A stretch of DNA of 64,000 nt, from contig CAJINV010000019.1 in the NCBI GenBank assembly GCA_905178155.1, positions 976,913-1,040,912 on the forward strand, in the 5' to 3' direction. The notes under the pieces were generated by a model. The model worked only from the letters and a program-made list of their open reading frames with translations. It had not been told where the DNA came from and made no database searches. Positions within the stretch are counted from its first letter, which is position 1, and each line of letters starts with the position of its first letter. The translations under genes and the position numbers were made by a program. Shown in pieces: positions 34,320 to 48,102 of this stretch. The stretch comes from Amoebophrya sp. A120 (taxonomy: Eukaryota > Protista > Dinoflagellata).

Positions 34320-34789
34320 TTCCGGGAGTACTCCGTCTGAGCCAACGTATCCTAACGAAAAACTGACTCCTCGCTTTTTGTCGTTGCTTTAGCAGCACAA
34401 CACCTCCGCGCACTTGTGAATATAAACTTCAAAAAATTGTTTCTGTTCCTGTCACTCGGAGCGCACCTTTTTCTGCTGATCAGGGCTGCGCGCACCCCCC
34501 ACCCGGGTTGTGCTTGTGTGTTGCTTCTCTCTCATGCTACGAGCAGCAGGCGGTTACATAAGTCGATCTAATTCTAAATCCACGTCATCAGCTCAGGCTC
34601 ATTTTTATAGGAGAAAACAAAGAGACGACTGTCGGTTCGTAGTTCTACTACTTACCGATGCGTCGTCGAGGGAGGTATCGCTATCGTATTGATTATGATT
34701 TCCTTGCAATTGCATTACAGGAGTAGTTGCAGATTGTGCAAAACCACCAAGGCGCTGTGCTAAAAACAGCTAAGCAAAAAGCGACTTCT

Positions 34790-35308
34790 TCAAGACCAGT
34801 TGGATAGGCGGTAGTAGCTGAGCTCGGTTCGGAACGGGCTTGCGCTAGTCGGCGATTGATCGCTCCGCACGTACAGACGAAAGCCGGCACTTGGGGGCGC
34901 GTCTGCATGCGGTCGTGTAGTCGTCAATGCTTCCGGAACTGTCTCTCGACTCTCGAGGATGATCATCAAGCCGTCCAGTGGGCGCGGAGTGATGCGCGCC
35001 CGGTCAGCCTCCGACACCCTGCTCAGGTCGTACATGGCCCACCCCACATTCCGCCCCGGAGCAAGAAGCTCCTGCACAAGCTCCAAGTCGTCCAGCTCGG
35101 GGATCTCGGGGATCGGGGGGAACTTTCTTTTATACAAATCAAACAAGCGGCGCTTCTCAAATTTTCTCATCTGGTGCCGACGCGGGTCTTGCGCAGCTTC
35201 AACCCCATTTTGACTGCCAAAAAAAAGAGGCCCCGCTCCTCCGCCAAAAGCACACCACATCGCGGAAGCGAAAGTGTTCCGGACCGACCTACGCAGAAAC
35301 TCGGTCAT
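34790..35308 (-). CDS. Hypothetical protein
   Basis: 172-aa ORF starting with ATG, with protein-like composition. Confidence 0.4.
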   Translation of the reverse strand: MTEFLRRSVRNTFASAMWCAFGGGAGPLFFGSQNGVEAAQDPRRHQMRKFEKRRLFDLYKRKFPPIPEIPELDDLELVQELLAPGRNVGWAMYDLSRVSEADRARITPRPLDGLMIILESRETVPEALTTTRPHADAPPSAGFRLYVRSDQSPTSASPFRTELSYYRLSNWS

Positions 35309-36668
35309 CTTTTTTCCTTTCCGACCACAAGTAGTGTGCAGGTTCTTGATAGATGCAAACGATGTCGACGGAACTCGGAATGCGTATATTCTGTTGCACG
35401 ATTCAGATGATAGAGTATTGGGCTACTCACTCGTAAGGCGGGGTAAAGGTAGATAAACTGTTTAGGTTTTATCGTGGAACAAGGCAAGAGACAGAAAGAA
35501 AGGACCTACAAGTTGCCTGACACCACGTGACTTAGGAGGTTGTAATAATTGACAACCGAAGTTGATGATCGTAAAGAGTCGTTTTTGCAAAACAGAAAAA
35601 TAGAAAACTACAATTGAAGAATCAATAGCACAATCATGCTCAGAATCTTGTTCCTGTTTTAGCAACTGCGGAAAACGAAACGCCGAGCGACTCTCATAAA
35701 GCATACTTATTCAAGATCTACAACACTTCGATAAGGGAACCTTTCTTCATTTCGCTTTTTCCCTTTGCTCCCCCACCAGGCACTCTAGTTGTATCTCATG
35801 GCCCAAATAAATGATGAAGATCTTCTCGCAATTTTCAATCATTTGGATCTCGATTTTTGAACTGATCTTGCCTGTGATCCTGGCACGACAATAAAATCAT
35901 TGATTTTTTGAACCGACCATCAGGATGCTCTAAAAAAGGGGACCGTGTTTATTCTTTTCTTTCTCGCAGGAGCGCGGAGGCCGCGGAACGGACAGAACCG
36001 ATGGCAACAAGGTGTCTATATTATCATAATTTCTTCGAACTATTTGTACCATTCTTGTCGCAACAGCCACGGCCTGTAGAAGCTGATCTCGTACCGAGGA
36101 CACTCTAGATACAACATTTCTGAAATGAATCCAGCATTGCGCTGCTGCAGCCGCACATTAGGAGCGGACTGAACTGTTGAAGAAACGAGAACGAATTCTC
36201 CTCGGCGACGCAAAGCGCTTATCACAATCACTCCATACCAAGTGGTCCATGAACAAAAATGGGCACGGCCTCTTCTGGGCGGAGGAGGTGGCTTTATTAG
36301 ACTCATTCGAAAAAGAAATCCCAAGTTCAAGTAGAATCTTCGACGCAAATCTTTCAGACGGAAGGGTAGAAAATAAAAGTGCGCAGTCCATAGGACGCAA
36401 CCCTCAAAACATCAAAAAGTCAAAATTATCTGAGCGGGAACGAAAACTGGGCGTAGTGGATTTTGTCTTCGTTTGTGTCGGATCGTTCGACCTAAAAAAA
36501 AATGCAATTCCAAGCATAGGCCAGGGAGTTTTGTCGTACTCGCAAAAAAGAAGGGAAAAAAGACACGTACGGGTGGAAATAGAGCAATACAGCCCCCGCT
36601 ATTATTGACGATGAATTTCTTCATTTGCAGCAATTCCTCCTTCATCATCCACCCGCACCCTTGAAGAT

Positions 36669-39600
36669 TCACGATAAAATATCCGAAAGCACGCGCCTCA
36701 GCGCGACCGCCAAGTCTCGGCCATACAGCAGTGCCTCGGCCTCCAGAGTTCTTGTACTAGAACAACCATTCAGTACCACAGAAGGTGGCGACCAAGAAGA
36801 CGACCTACGTGTTGAAGACGAAGACGTACTAGATCGTGGTGAAACTACGTTGTTTTGCGTGGTCACAACTACGCCGTCAGAAGCCAAAGGTTTGGGTTGT
36901 TCTTGTTCTTCTTGCTGCGCAGCAGGCCTTCTGGTAGAAGTATTTGTCAGTATTTTCCCGTGTTTCATGCACCCCTCCACGGTAATTCCGTTTGGCCAGC
37001 GGCAGTAGAATATCAACTGCAACCATGTGGTCTGGGTCTGGAACAGTGCAAGTTTGTCAGGCTGGTCTATGATCACATGACTCTATAATTTTAATTCTGT
37101 GACGCGAGGGCAGGAAATAAAGACCCTCTCCCATGAAGGTCATGCGAAAACGCAGCCTTCCATGCGCAAAACGAATCACATAGAAGCCCAAAAAATTTGT
37201 AATGCTTGCCTGCGTAACATTGCAGTGCGCATATCATTCACTTTTGGCATTACAACTTTCCCGACCCAGAGGACATATTTGCAATGCATATCGAAGCACC
37301 CGTCTGCTTTTCGCTTGGTGTGCTCGTCCTTGGGCGCAGAAGGGGACCAGCGCGGGGTGGACGAAAACCTTCTCAGAACTTCTTCTACTCTCTTCGGAGA
37401 AGATATTTTTGTCCTTGTTGCGTTGGAGGGTCGTGTACTTGCACCAGCACAACTGTTTTTTCGACGATGAAAGAACGAGTTGCCTTCTCGTCCAGTGGTC
37501 GTGCCAGAGGACTCCGCTTCGACGGGTGTTGAACAATGATCTTCGTCAGCACTAATGATCCTTTGAAGGTTTCTACTCAGCTGGTCATACAAGTTCCCGT
37601 AGTACTCTCTGCGCAAACTGCGCAGTTTCATCTTGGATCCCGAGGCCGGGGTGGAAGAAAGAACACCAACACGCTGATGTTCATCTTCTGCTTTTCCGCA
37701 CAGCAGGAGAGCGGTCGTTAAGTCCTGGACCAGAGCGTGGAATTTCAGGTGATTATGATTTCTTCTTGCCGCAGATAAGGTCTTCATGGAACCGTTCTGC
37801 TTTGCTGGACAGGACGAACCGCGCTCCGTAGTACTGCTCTTGCTCGTGGACGATGCAAGAAGAACCATTTCAGAAGTACTAGCAGCAGTTGCAGTTCTTG
37901 CACCAGCTCCAGCATCAAGCTGACCGATCAACGCCGAATCTTCATTCGTCGTGCATGGTGGATCAACACTTGGCGTCAAAACAGCACCCGCAGATGAACA
38001 GCCCACCGCCACTTCACTTTTGATTTTGCGTCGCTTCGCCGCTGGTCCCTGAGATGAAGTAGCGGAGATGAGGTTAAAGTTGACGTCGGCGTTTTCATTG
38101 GGAACTACTACACCTGGACGTCGAGATGATGATGAAAATAAAACGTCGTCGTTCCCGTCGGGAGAAAAACTGAAATTCCCACTAGACGAGGAGGTGCTAG
38201 TACTATCCTTATCGACTTCGACTTGATGCTCGTCCGGCAGAAATGAATTATTCTCCTTCTCACCAGCGTCTACTTTAGTACTGTCTCGCAAGAACGTCCG
38301 AGTAGGAAACAACATCAAGTCCTCGAAGGAAGTCAGGTTTTTTTCCGATGTAGGCTCTACCGTGGCGGGGGAGCAAGATGCGCGGCAGGAGCTGGTGGTA
38401 GAAACCGTGCTAGTAGAAGAAGCTCCTGTGCTCGCCCTTGTAGTGCTAGTCCTAGTCTCCTCGTCTGCATCATACTGATCCACTGCGTCGGCACAGCTAC
38501 CACGACTTGTTAGTACCATGTTGAAGTTACAGCTATAGGCAGGCGAAATATAATTTGGTCCCCGCTTTATTTTTGCGCTGTGGACGTGGTCAATGGCAGG
38601 AGCTGTAGTTGCCTTTACACTGTCGCGTGCAGTACTAGACCCAGGCGGCCCTGCTGTACTAGCTGTTGGTGTTGTACAAACATGATGGCCGCTAGTATCT
38701 TCCGTTTTGGTTTTGACACAAAAAGAACCTTCTCCTGCGCCGGAGATCGTCGCGAGCACCTCGCTTCGGCTCAGGAAGCTTTTCTTCAAAACCGACTCGT
38801 CGCCGTGGATATCTAGGTGGGGGAAGAGAAGATCGGGCCGTCTACTGGAGTGCTGTACCACGACCTCCGAGTGATCTTCGCACAGGCCGTTTTCTCGTTG
38901 TTTCTGAGTAATACGAGTAGAAGTTATACTCTCCTTGTTCTTTCCGTCCCCGTCCCCCATCGCCGCCGTAATTACTCGCACCTCTTTGCTTTTGGCCTGA
39001 AACCAATCTTGGTTCATATTCACCCCCTTACTTATCAAATGCAAATATGTCTGGGTCTGGAAGAATACCTGGTTTGTCATGCATATTTTGCATGACTCAG
39101 GATGTCTGTAATGCACGATCCAACATCACAGATTTTTAGAGGCCTTCCTCATGCCTATTCGGCATGATAAAAGCCCTCCCCGCGTACTACAAACTGGACT
39201 TTTCTTGCTGGTCATGCAATACAGATTTTTTTAGAATCCAAACTCAGCATCACAACTTACAACCTTCCAGACGTCCAGGGATATTTGCAATGCATATTAC
39301 TATTCGTGTACCAATTCCCGAGGGCCACCCCATCCGGGTTCGCTAGGGGGACGACGCGCAGACACAAGCTCGGGTGCTGGCGGAAAAGCTCGAACCAAGA
39401 ATAATTGTAGTTATTTTTCCCTGCAGTCGTGCTGGAGGCTGTACATACAGTTGCGCTTGGTCGTGTGGTGCTGTAAGTAGCGGTGGAACCAACTTGCTGA
39501 TGCATGTGCTTGTCCTCCTCCTCGTCCTCTCTGGCACAAAGAATCTCCCGCAGGAAGCCCTCCAAGATGAAACTGGCAATGCTATCATAAGGAAAAACGT

Positions 39601-42239
39601 CCCCACCCCAGTGTTGTCATGCAAATCTGCATGCCAAAAAGGTTTCCCATGTGGAGCCGCATGAGAAGCGTTTTCTAGTCGTGTTTCAGAATATGTGATG
39701 CTCGAACCAGCACGATATGCTAGATCTGTGATGCTGCTGGAAGTAGCTAAACAGGATTACACTACAGGGTCAAATTTGTCATGCGAAACAACCAAAGCTG
39801 GATGATTTGTCTAGCAGATTTCCCATCTTGACTCTGGTGTGGGGATGTTTTTGCACAGGATAAATGCTCTCACCCGGGTGCTGGCGACAGACCACCCAAA
39901 GATTTCGATATCAAATGCAAAAGTGTCTGGGTCTGGAAGAATGCGCGACTTGTCACGCAGCTTTTCCATGACCCATGAGGTCTGGAATGCGAGACCCAGC
40001 ATGACAGATTCTCTGAGGTCTCTATCATGCCTTTCCTGCATGAGAAACTCCCTCTCAACTTGGTCAAAATGGGACAGCTTTTGGCACTCATGCAACACAG
40101 ATTTCTGCATGATTCGGATTTAGCATGACAAGTTGCAATCTTCCAGACCCAGACATTTTTGCATTTCATATTCGAGTTCTTCTTGTCATTCCTGAACATG
40201 GGCTGTTTCTTTCGCTCGTCATTATACTCTTCAGGCTGCTATCGTTCGTATCTGGTCTGCCGAAAGAAAGAACAGGACGGCTCTGCAATGAGGATGAGTG
40301 GAGACTCAACAGCTGCAGTGGCCTTCCCTGCTCGCTGTAGCCGATGGTTTCCAGCGTTGTGCAGATTTTCAACATGGGGTGAAAATTTGTATCCTGCTCC
40401 CGGTTTTTGTAGCTGCTGTCTTCTGCACCAGGAATTGCAACCAATTCCCGCAGGAATTTGTCACACCGGGCGATGGAGTAGGGCGGGTAGTAGGCGAAGG
40501 ATACAACTTCTTCTTTGAAATGAACTCTTGACGTCGAGGTGGACCTCACGACCTGGGGCTGGGAAAATTCTTCACTTTTCGCTCTGACACGAACTCCTCC
40601 GCGCCGTTCTTGCGCCTTGTGGTGTTCCGCCGCACATTTCTTGCCTTGTTGATCGTGAGCGTGATCTTCTTGATGTTGACCTCGGTGGAAAAAATAAGTG
40701 TACTTCCATGTAATAACACTGGAATTTTTTGTGCGCGGCGAAAATATCTTTTTGTTCGTCTGCATTTTTCTTGGGGAAAAATCTAGTCCGGCTTTAGTTG
40801 ACCCCGTCGTGAAGCCGCCACTGCACTTCGTGTTTAAGATTCGAAACCATTGAAGCTCCGGGTCATCATGGTCCTCGTCAGCAGTGGATTGTTCTGCACA
40901 TGGAATATCTCTTGTGCTGGTCGTCGTTGTGCTTCTATGACTATTGCTAATATCACCAGTTCTTGTCCCACCTTTGTCAACATGCCGTGCGGCGCAAACT
41001 TGGAAGCCCTTCCACGGCTGGGGATCATTCCCACGAACTTGTAGGCGGAATTCCACTTGGATGGGTGGTGTGAAGATTTTTTGCTGGCTCTCGTCTTCGT
41101 GATAATGGTCGTCAGGGGGTAGGTTCTCGCCGTCCTGCGCAGGTTCTACTTCATCTTTGGTGGAGGTATTTATCGTATGTGATGAATTACTTGTGCCAGA
41201 GTACTGCATCTGCAGCTTAGCTCGAAAATGGAACCAGAAGCTGTATTTCTGCGGCGTAAACTATCCAGGAAATAAAAAAGTATGTAAGTGTAACTTTCTT
41301 AGAGAAACAGCATTACAAATTTGCTCTACGTGACAGAGAAAACCTGTCATGCGTGGCTCGTAAGGAAAAACACACATGAAAAGAAGACTTCATGGCTGTC
41401 TGGCATGACAGGCGTGAGTCTGTTGCATGTTCTGCAAGACAAAAAATTTACACTTACAGAGTGGTTTTTTTCTTGCATATGAACTTCGGCAGGTTCGTGT
41501 CGTCCCGCATCTGCAGGTGGCAAACAATCTTGTCCGGTTTCTCGTACTGTTATGCATTGCAAATATGTGTGGGTCTGGAAAGTTGCCAGGTTTGTCATGC
41601 AGATTGTGTATGATCCATGATGCCTGTAATGCATGATCTAGCATCACAGATTTTTAGAGGGTTTCCTAATGCCTATCCCGCATGAGAAATGCCCTCCCCG
41701 CGTAGCACAAACTGGAGTCCTGTTGCTGGTCATGCAATACAGATTTTTTTCAAATCCAAAGACAGCATTACAAGTTCCAACCTTCGAGACCCAGACATTT
41801 TTGCATTTCATAACTGTGTCGACTTCACGATCACGTTGCCGCTCTCAAAGTCCGTGTCGATCGTGAGGTGGAATGGATGTTTGCTGTGATTTAACATATC
41901 TTCTTCATCTTTTCCACAAGCCACGGCGGAGCCAATTCTTGATGCAGGAGCTTCATGCAGCTCCTCGTCGCGGCCTGGCAGTACCACCTGGGGCTTGTCC
42001 TGCTCCAAGGAAGTAGCTACATTCGTCCCGATGTAAGCACCGCTCACCTTTGCGTGATTTTGCAGCGGCATAGACTCCAGATCACAGGCGTACGAGCTCT
42101 TTTTCTTCGTGCCATCTACCACTTCTGCACGGGGAGGGGGCACAACTGCTGGGCGTAACGAAGCGGCTGGTTTTTGTGCCCTCTTCGCTGGTTTTGTATG
42201 TGCCTTCTTCACCACAGCTTGGATCTTTTTGTTCTTCAT
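36669..42239 (-). CDS. Peptidase M14 cytosolic carboxypeptidase-like (CCP/AGBL/Nna1-type) protein, multi-exon with long low-complexity inserts
   Basis: After removing 6 introners: IDTDFESGNV, YSFWFHFR, FAYYPPYS, IGYSEQGRPL, RQHPGES, VVPLANPDGVALGN..GVNMNQDW and LDIHGDE. Confidence 0.85.
37011..37290. mobile_element. Introner family A
   Basis: DR TAGAA/TCGAA. Confidence 0.75.
39033..39296. mobile_element. Introner family A
   Basis: DR TTACT; splicing gives TNS|KGVN. Confidence 0.85.
39583..39862. mobile_element. Introner family B
   Basis: DR AATGC; splicing gives HPGES|IAS. Confidence 0.85.
39909..40170. mobile_element. Introner family A
   Basis: DR TTCGA; inverted near-copy of 4268-4532. 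Confidence 0.85.
41262..41479. mobile_element. Introner family D
   Basis: DR TAAAC/TGAAC; similar to 4731-4939. Confidence 0.8.
41551..41812. mobile_element. Introner family A
   Basis: DR ACTGT. Confidence 0.85.
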
Positions 42240-43470
42240 GATCAGAAATTTATCCGTGCGGATACGTGGTAAGTAAGTAAAAAGGAAAACGAAAAGATGA
42301 AAACCGTTAATGTAAAGAACAAGAAGTCGTAAGAACAGAGGAAAATAAATCAACAATTGAAGTGTGCTTCGCAAAAATTTCAAAATCAAAACTGCAAGGC
42401 TGCATGTGTCAATACGACCATGTATGTCCTGGATAGTGAAGAAACTAGGTCAAAAACGCGACTGCGACAACATCAACATCTTCATGAAAGCGACTCAATA
42501 ATAAATGTGGTTGTGACACAAAAATTCAAAACAAAGCGATTCAAAAACTCAAAACGATGAGGAAGAAAAGTACAATTGCGTGAAAAAAAAGTACTTAAAA
42601 CCCACAACTTAGTCATAGGCTAGTTGTTCGCCAAGGCTGCTCTTGACACAAAATTCAACGCGCGGGGTGCGTGCGTGGGCGACGTGCTAGTTTAGTTCCT
42701 CTACAACGAACTTGAGTTAGGACCTGACAAAGTGAAAATCAACAGCTCCGATGCAATAAAACGAGTTTAGCGACCTGCACCTCGAGGACAGAAAAGTGAT
42801 TCATCAACTAACTGCCTTTCCTCGTAGATAGTCGTTGGACGGAAATTTACAACTTCCGGTGCACGTACGATGTTGATGATGATGGTGGTGGACGTAGGTT
42901 CTACTTGTATCTCCTCTATGAAGCACGGCACAAGGGAACTACGCGATCTTGACGTTAGCAATAGGTATGTGAATAGTTTGCTATATTCCTGCATTCACCT
43001 GCTACAAGTGCAGCTACTGCAGCTACAACTTCCTTGCCAGTGGAAATGGACAGGAGATATTCCTGGACCGAGAAGCCTCGGAATCACGACCGACGGAGCA
43101 TTTTCAATTTGAATTGTTACTAGACAGACACTTAAGCACTTTTTCTCCCTGCCGAACATGCTTATCGAACACAAAAGCACAGCTGCTTCGACAATCCATG
43201 GAACAGGAACAAACGGCAGAGGCAGATCTGGAAGCCCCCGGCCTCTTTGGTTTTAAAGTCGGCCCGTCATGTGCCACCAACATTGAAGAAGTAAACAAGT
43301 ACTTACTCTCAACTCCGTAATTCTTCCGCTGCTAGACCTCCACAACTTGTAGTTTATAAAACCATGAAGCCTTGTCGTCTCGCGTCCGTCTGCTCGCTGC
43401 AAGAACTTTATGCAAACCGAGGGGGTGAAAGCTGCTGCTGCAGAAATTTCTGTCCAAAAATGCTTTATTG

Positions 43471-46400
43471 TTACTTCATCTTTGTCTTGTAGTTTGCATT
43501 GTTGTTTATTCCTGAAGTGGAAACACTTCGCGTCCTGCTCCTTGCTTTGTTCTTCCCTACGGTAGTCGCGTTTTTTTTGGATGACGAAGAAGTGCCGCGG
43601 TTTGCCGTATTACTACTGTTCTTGGGCGACTTACTGCTAGAAGTGATTTTATTCCCTCGTCCGGCCGCCTGCTTCATGCTGGACACCATTTTCATCGCTT
43701 GTGTGAAGAGAGCTGGTGGTGCAGTTTTTGGCTCTTCTTCTGCTTTCTCCTCGTCTTCATCATGATCAACTTTTTGCTTTTTACCACTCTTCTTGTCCAA
43801 CTTTTGCCGTTCGACCGTCTGCTGCCCAACCGGCGTGGCCTTCGCCGGATTTACCGCGTATTGCACCAAGCCGGCCGTACAGATGGCGTAGCCCACCCAC
43901 CCAATAAACTGCACCTCGGACGGGTGGGTGAGTCTGCTCACCATGGTGGTCACAAACTTGTAGCTGATGTTCGCCAACTATGAGAGTGCACAAATTCAAC
44001 TCCCCCTCATTTGAATTGTAATGCAAAATACCAAACTCACACCTTGCTCGTAAGTACTGCACGCATGACAAATTTTGGAACCTCAAATCGCACAACAATC
44101 TGCACGCAGATTTGTCATGCGAAAGCCCTTTTTCTGCTGTAGCTTGTGTTGCTGTTCATGCCATACAAATGAGGGGGAGGGGAAGTTGTGCACTGTCATA
44201 CCAACTGGATAGTGGTCGCGGAACAGAGGCCCTGGAGACCGAGAAGGAAAGAACCTGCCAAATACGACTTTTTTGTGCATGTAACCATCGTCCACGCGCT
44301 GTTGTCGTTGCTTTATGCATTGCATGAGATGAACAAGAAATGCTCTCTATTTCAGGAGGCAAAGCAACACAAGCAGCCGCAACGTCCTTATCGTTATCTC
44401 ATTTACCGATGCTAAACGCCAAGAGAGCGCTCAGGACCAACTGGATGAAGACGGGTCTTATGAGCTCCTGGATCTCCGCGAAGCCGACGCTTGCGCTAGT
44501 CCATTCATAGTACAGGATCGGCGGGAGGTATCGCAAGAATAAAACTGTGCTTGTGATGCAAGGGATGCAAAACGGTTAAGTACACTTGTGATACTAGGCA
44601 TGCGTCGTAGGTAATGGACCTTTCGCATTCACGTACCAGCCACGCATGACAGTTTTGGCTTGCTGTCACGTGGGATGCTCCTGCCCACATGGAAGAATGT
44701 ATGAAGAAACTTTCACATTCACTATACACAGTTTTTTTCTTGCATAGCAGGAACGGCATGGAAAAGAGCACGCGGTAGAAATTGAGCTGTATGGCGGACA
44801 GCTCCTTCTTGACCAGTTTCATGGTGACAGACTCGTAAACGCAGATGGTAGAAACGAAAACGACGTTCAGCATGGCAAAGGTATGCGACCAAAAAGTCGG
44901 ACTTTTTGTTCTCGGTTTTGCAGTGATCTCAAATCGAAATTGAAAGCTGTTCGTGACGAAAATTGGGTGGACTACAGACCCCATCTGCAAAGCGGAAGAA
45001 ATTGAAACGCTATATAAATGCTAATAATGCACATCAACCAAAAGGCAATACAAACCTCGGCGTGATACTTTCGAGACACGACTTTGAATTTTTTTGCGAG
45101 GATAATAGATCAACCCGGTGTACTCCATCTCCGCCTCAGCCAGCGTGTAGATGGCGGTACCTGGAACATTTTAAGTACGAACATTTGGATGAGCAAAACT
45201 GGAGGTTGTTCTTACGTTCTTACACGCGGTGGTGGAACAGCTAGCGGTTTTTTACGCATGACTGTGACTGACAACTAGAACTACAACTTTTACTTTACAT
45301 GTGCCCCAAAATTATACCGACAAAGGTCAACAGCAACCCCCCGATGGTTCGCCAGGACATTCTGACTCCCAGTAAAACTCGGTCGAGCAAAGCGGTCAGG
45401 AAAGGTACCGTATTGCGCGCAAGAACGTATCTGATGTTTTGTGATTCAAGTCTAGCATGATAAAGAAAAAATCGACGAAAGTAAGTATCTCTATCTTGAT
45501 CTTCTATCGTGGACATGGACAAAATCGAGGATAATAAACGATGATCAAAATGATCTGTCCTTGGTTCAGCAAAAAACCCTGGTCCTCCTTGCAATCTCGC
45601 ATCAGGCGGCAAGTCACGGGCGGCCCTTCATACCACCAGAAAAACCACGACGTACAACACGATCTATCAGGGAGATAACCTAAACAGGCTTTTTTACTAG
45701 GCTAAACTCACATTGCATAGCTCAATAATACAGTGGCACGCTGACTTTGCCGAGAGCGGCGATGCTGGCCCACAACATATCAAACGCAAAAATCTCTGGG
45801 TCTGGAAGGTTGCAACTTGTAATGCTAGCTCTCCATACCTAGGAAATCTGTATTGCGTAGCCAACAAAAGTCGCAGCCTCTTTTGTACACGCAAAAACGC
45901 AGTTTGTCATGCGGATTTCCTATGAGAAAGCGTTCTGAAAAGTTGTCATGCTGTGTTGCATTCGGAACTGTTTCCATCATCCACATTTTAGCATCACAAG
46001 TTTCCAGCCGTCCAGGGATTTTTGCAATCCATACAACACCGTGATCAGCCACGCGGAGTTCAGGACGATGCGCCACAGGTACTTTCGTTATCGCAAAAAA
46101 AAAGTGTTTCACTGTGAACTTGTGATGCATAGAATCGAACGCAGAACCATTTGTCGTGCTACACCTGCAAGGCATTGGACGTTTGAGCGTGTTTTCCCTT
46201 GGAAAGCGCGCATGGCAAATTTTCCGTGTCATGTGTAGCAAACTTGTGATGCGGATATTGCAAAACCATCACAGTGAAACAGTTTTTTCGTGGGATATTC
46301 GTGGCGGCAGTTTTAACGCGTGGATCCCGGTGACGTGCAAGAACCCGGCCCCACCGAGCGTTCCCAGATTTTGCACGGCGACCGTGGTGAAGTTGTGCGG

Positions 46401-48102
46401 AAAGCGAATCGCGATGGATTTGTTCATCAAAATCAGCACGATGGAGCTGCACGCGTGTCCGAGGAAGAGGAACGCGAGCCATCGGGTCGCTGCGTCGTGA
46501 AATTCGAAAACTTTCGAAAGGAACTGCATCTTCGTCGCGACAAAGCTGTAGGTCATGTCAACGCCGGTTTGGTAAGAGGAAGAGAAAGAAGCGGCGCACC
46601 TGTTGCCTTTTTTGCAGCAGGAATTGTAGCAAGAACGACTCTTCCGGTTATTTTTACCGCTTTTAATGTTCTTCTTTCCCGCCCATGTGGAAGTAGTAGA
46701 TCCGTGCCGTAGTTTTTTCTTCGTCCGGATCAGGTTTACTGTTCCCCGCCGCACTGCAGATGTCACAGGAAAAAACTGTTTCACTGTGATGATTTTGCAA
46801 GATCTGCATCACAAGAAGTTTGCTACACATGACAGAGAAGATTTGCCATGCGCGCTCCCCAAGGGAAAACACGCTTGGAGATCCAATGTCTTGCAGGTGT
46901 AGCAAGAGAGACACTTTGGTGCTTCTGTTTCATTTTCTGCATCACAGGTTCACAGTGAAACAGTTTTTTCTTGCGATAGCAGAGGGCGTTTCGTCGTCAC
47001 TCGAGGTTCGGCTCGACCGACTGCTTCCCCGGCGTATGAATTGCAAAAGGAAAAGTATCGCACTCGGCATTATATACAAGTTTGTAATGCGGATTTACCT
47101 GAACAAAAAGATTTGTAATGCAGGACTGCAATTACAACGAGTACGATACTTTTGCACAGGATACGGCGGGGAGATGGACAACTCTCTGAAAAATCTTCCC
47201 CGTGCTGCCGGTCCGAGCGAGAATCAGACTCGTCCGTGCCACCCAAATCTTCGTGCTCTCTCGAATCCAGTGTCGTGTTCCGGCTCACATTTCGTCTCTA
47301 TCAAAAGAAAAAATCCCCCCTCCCCATATCGGAATGGAAATCCGTGACGCGGGACTTGTGCACACCTATCGACTTTGCCATGCTTGCAGTAGAAGACTGG
47401 AGGCAGATGCAGAGCAGCAGAAGTAGGGGCGTTTTGGTGTAGGCGCCTAGCAAGGCAGGCATATCCTCTGTAGGCGACACAGCATTACAAAGTGCCTGCG
47501 AAGCGCGGCTGAGTCTCTGGCTTTGCCCTCTTGCAATACAGGGACGATTTGTGGCCACAAATCAGCATCACAAATGTTCAGGAGTGTCCCTTTTTGGTAT
47601 GGGGAGAGGAAGTTTTTCCTTGCAATAGCCTCGGAAGCTGCTTCTGACTGTCGAGGGCGCTGCTAGCCCGTACGCCACGGATGTATGTGGTTGTAGTTTT
47701 TGTAGCTCTGCAAGTCTCCGAAGTAGATTTAGTGTCAATTCCTGCAGCTCCTCCAGAGGACACCAAAATAGAACCACTACAACCTGGTGGTCCAACAGCT
47801 GCGGTCTCCTGCTTTGAACCGCTGCTTTGTAGTTGTCCGCTCTGGTGGCCAACTGCGGCACCGAAAACCAGCTGCTGTTGGCCTTCCTTGCTCCGTCCCC
47901 GCCCGCCCGCGTTCTGCGCGAGCGTGATCGAATCCCGTATCCGCTTGTAGAGTGGCTCTTTCGATGAAGATGGTGCTGGTGGAGCTGCTCCTGTACTAGT
48001 CGTGCCGGTTAATATACTTTTCAACATCTGGCGCGGCCCCCCCGGCAACTTGTAGTTCCCTTGCTCACGGCCCTGTTCTGACGTGCTGGCTCGGGGCAGC
48101 AT
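43471..48102 (-). CDS. Nucleotide-sugar / triose-phosphate transporter family (SLC35-like) protein with long N-terminal extension
   Basis: CSSIVLILMNKSI..FPHNFT.VAVQN, SVPLY..ARNTVPFLTALLD and LSAIQLNFY, with multiple TM helices. Contains 7 introners plus canonical introns. Confidence 0.8.
43979..44200. mobile_element. Introner (singleton type)
   Basis: TIR TATGA.AGTGCACAA..CTCCCCCTCATTTG; DR CCAAC. Confidence 0.85.
44529..44746. mobile_element. Introner family D
   Basis: DR GGAGG/GCAGG. Confidence 0.75.
45778..46033. mobile_element. Introner family A
   Basis: DR CAACA. Confidence 0.85.
46089..46297. mobile_element. Introner family D
   Basis: DR TTCGT. Confidence 0.85.
46761..46978. mobile_element. 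Introner family D, inverted relative to 46089-46297
   Basis: DR GCAGA; left end TGT. Confidence 0.85.
47035..47163. mobile_element. Introner family C
   Basis: DR CGGCG. Confidence 0.85.
47299..47627. mobile_element. Introner family E
   Basis: DR GTCTC/GCCTC. Confidence 0.8.
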
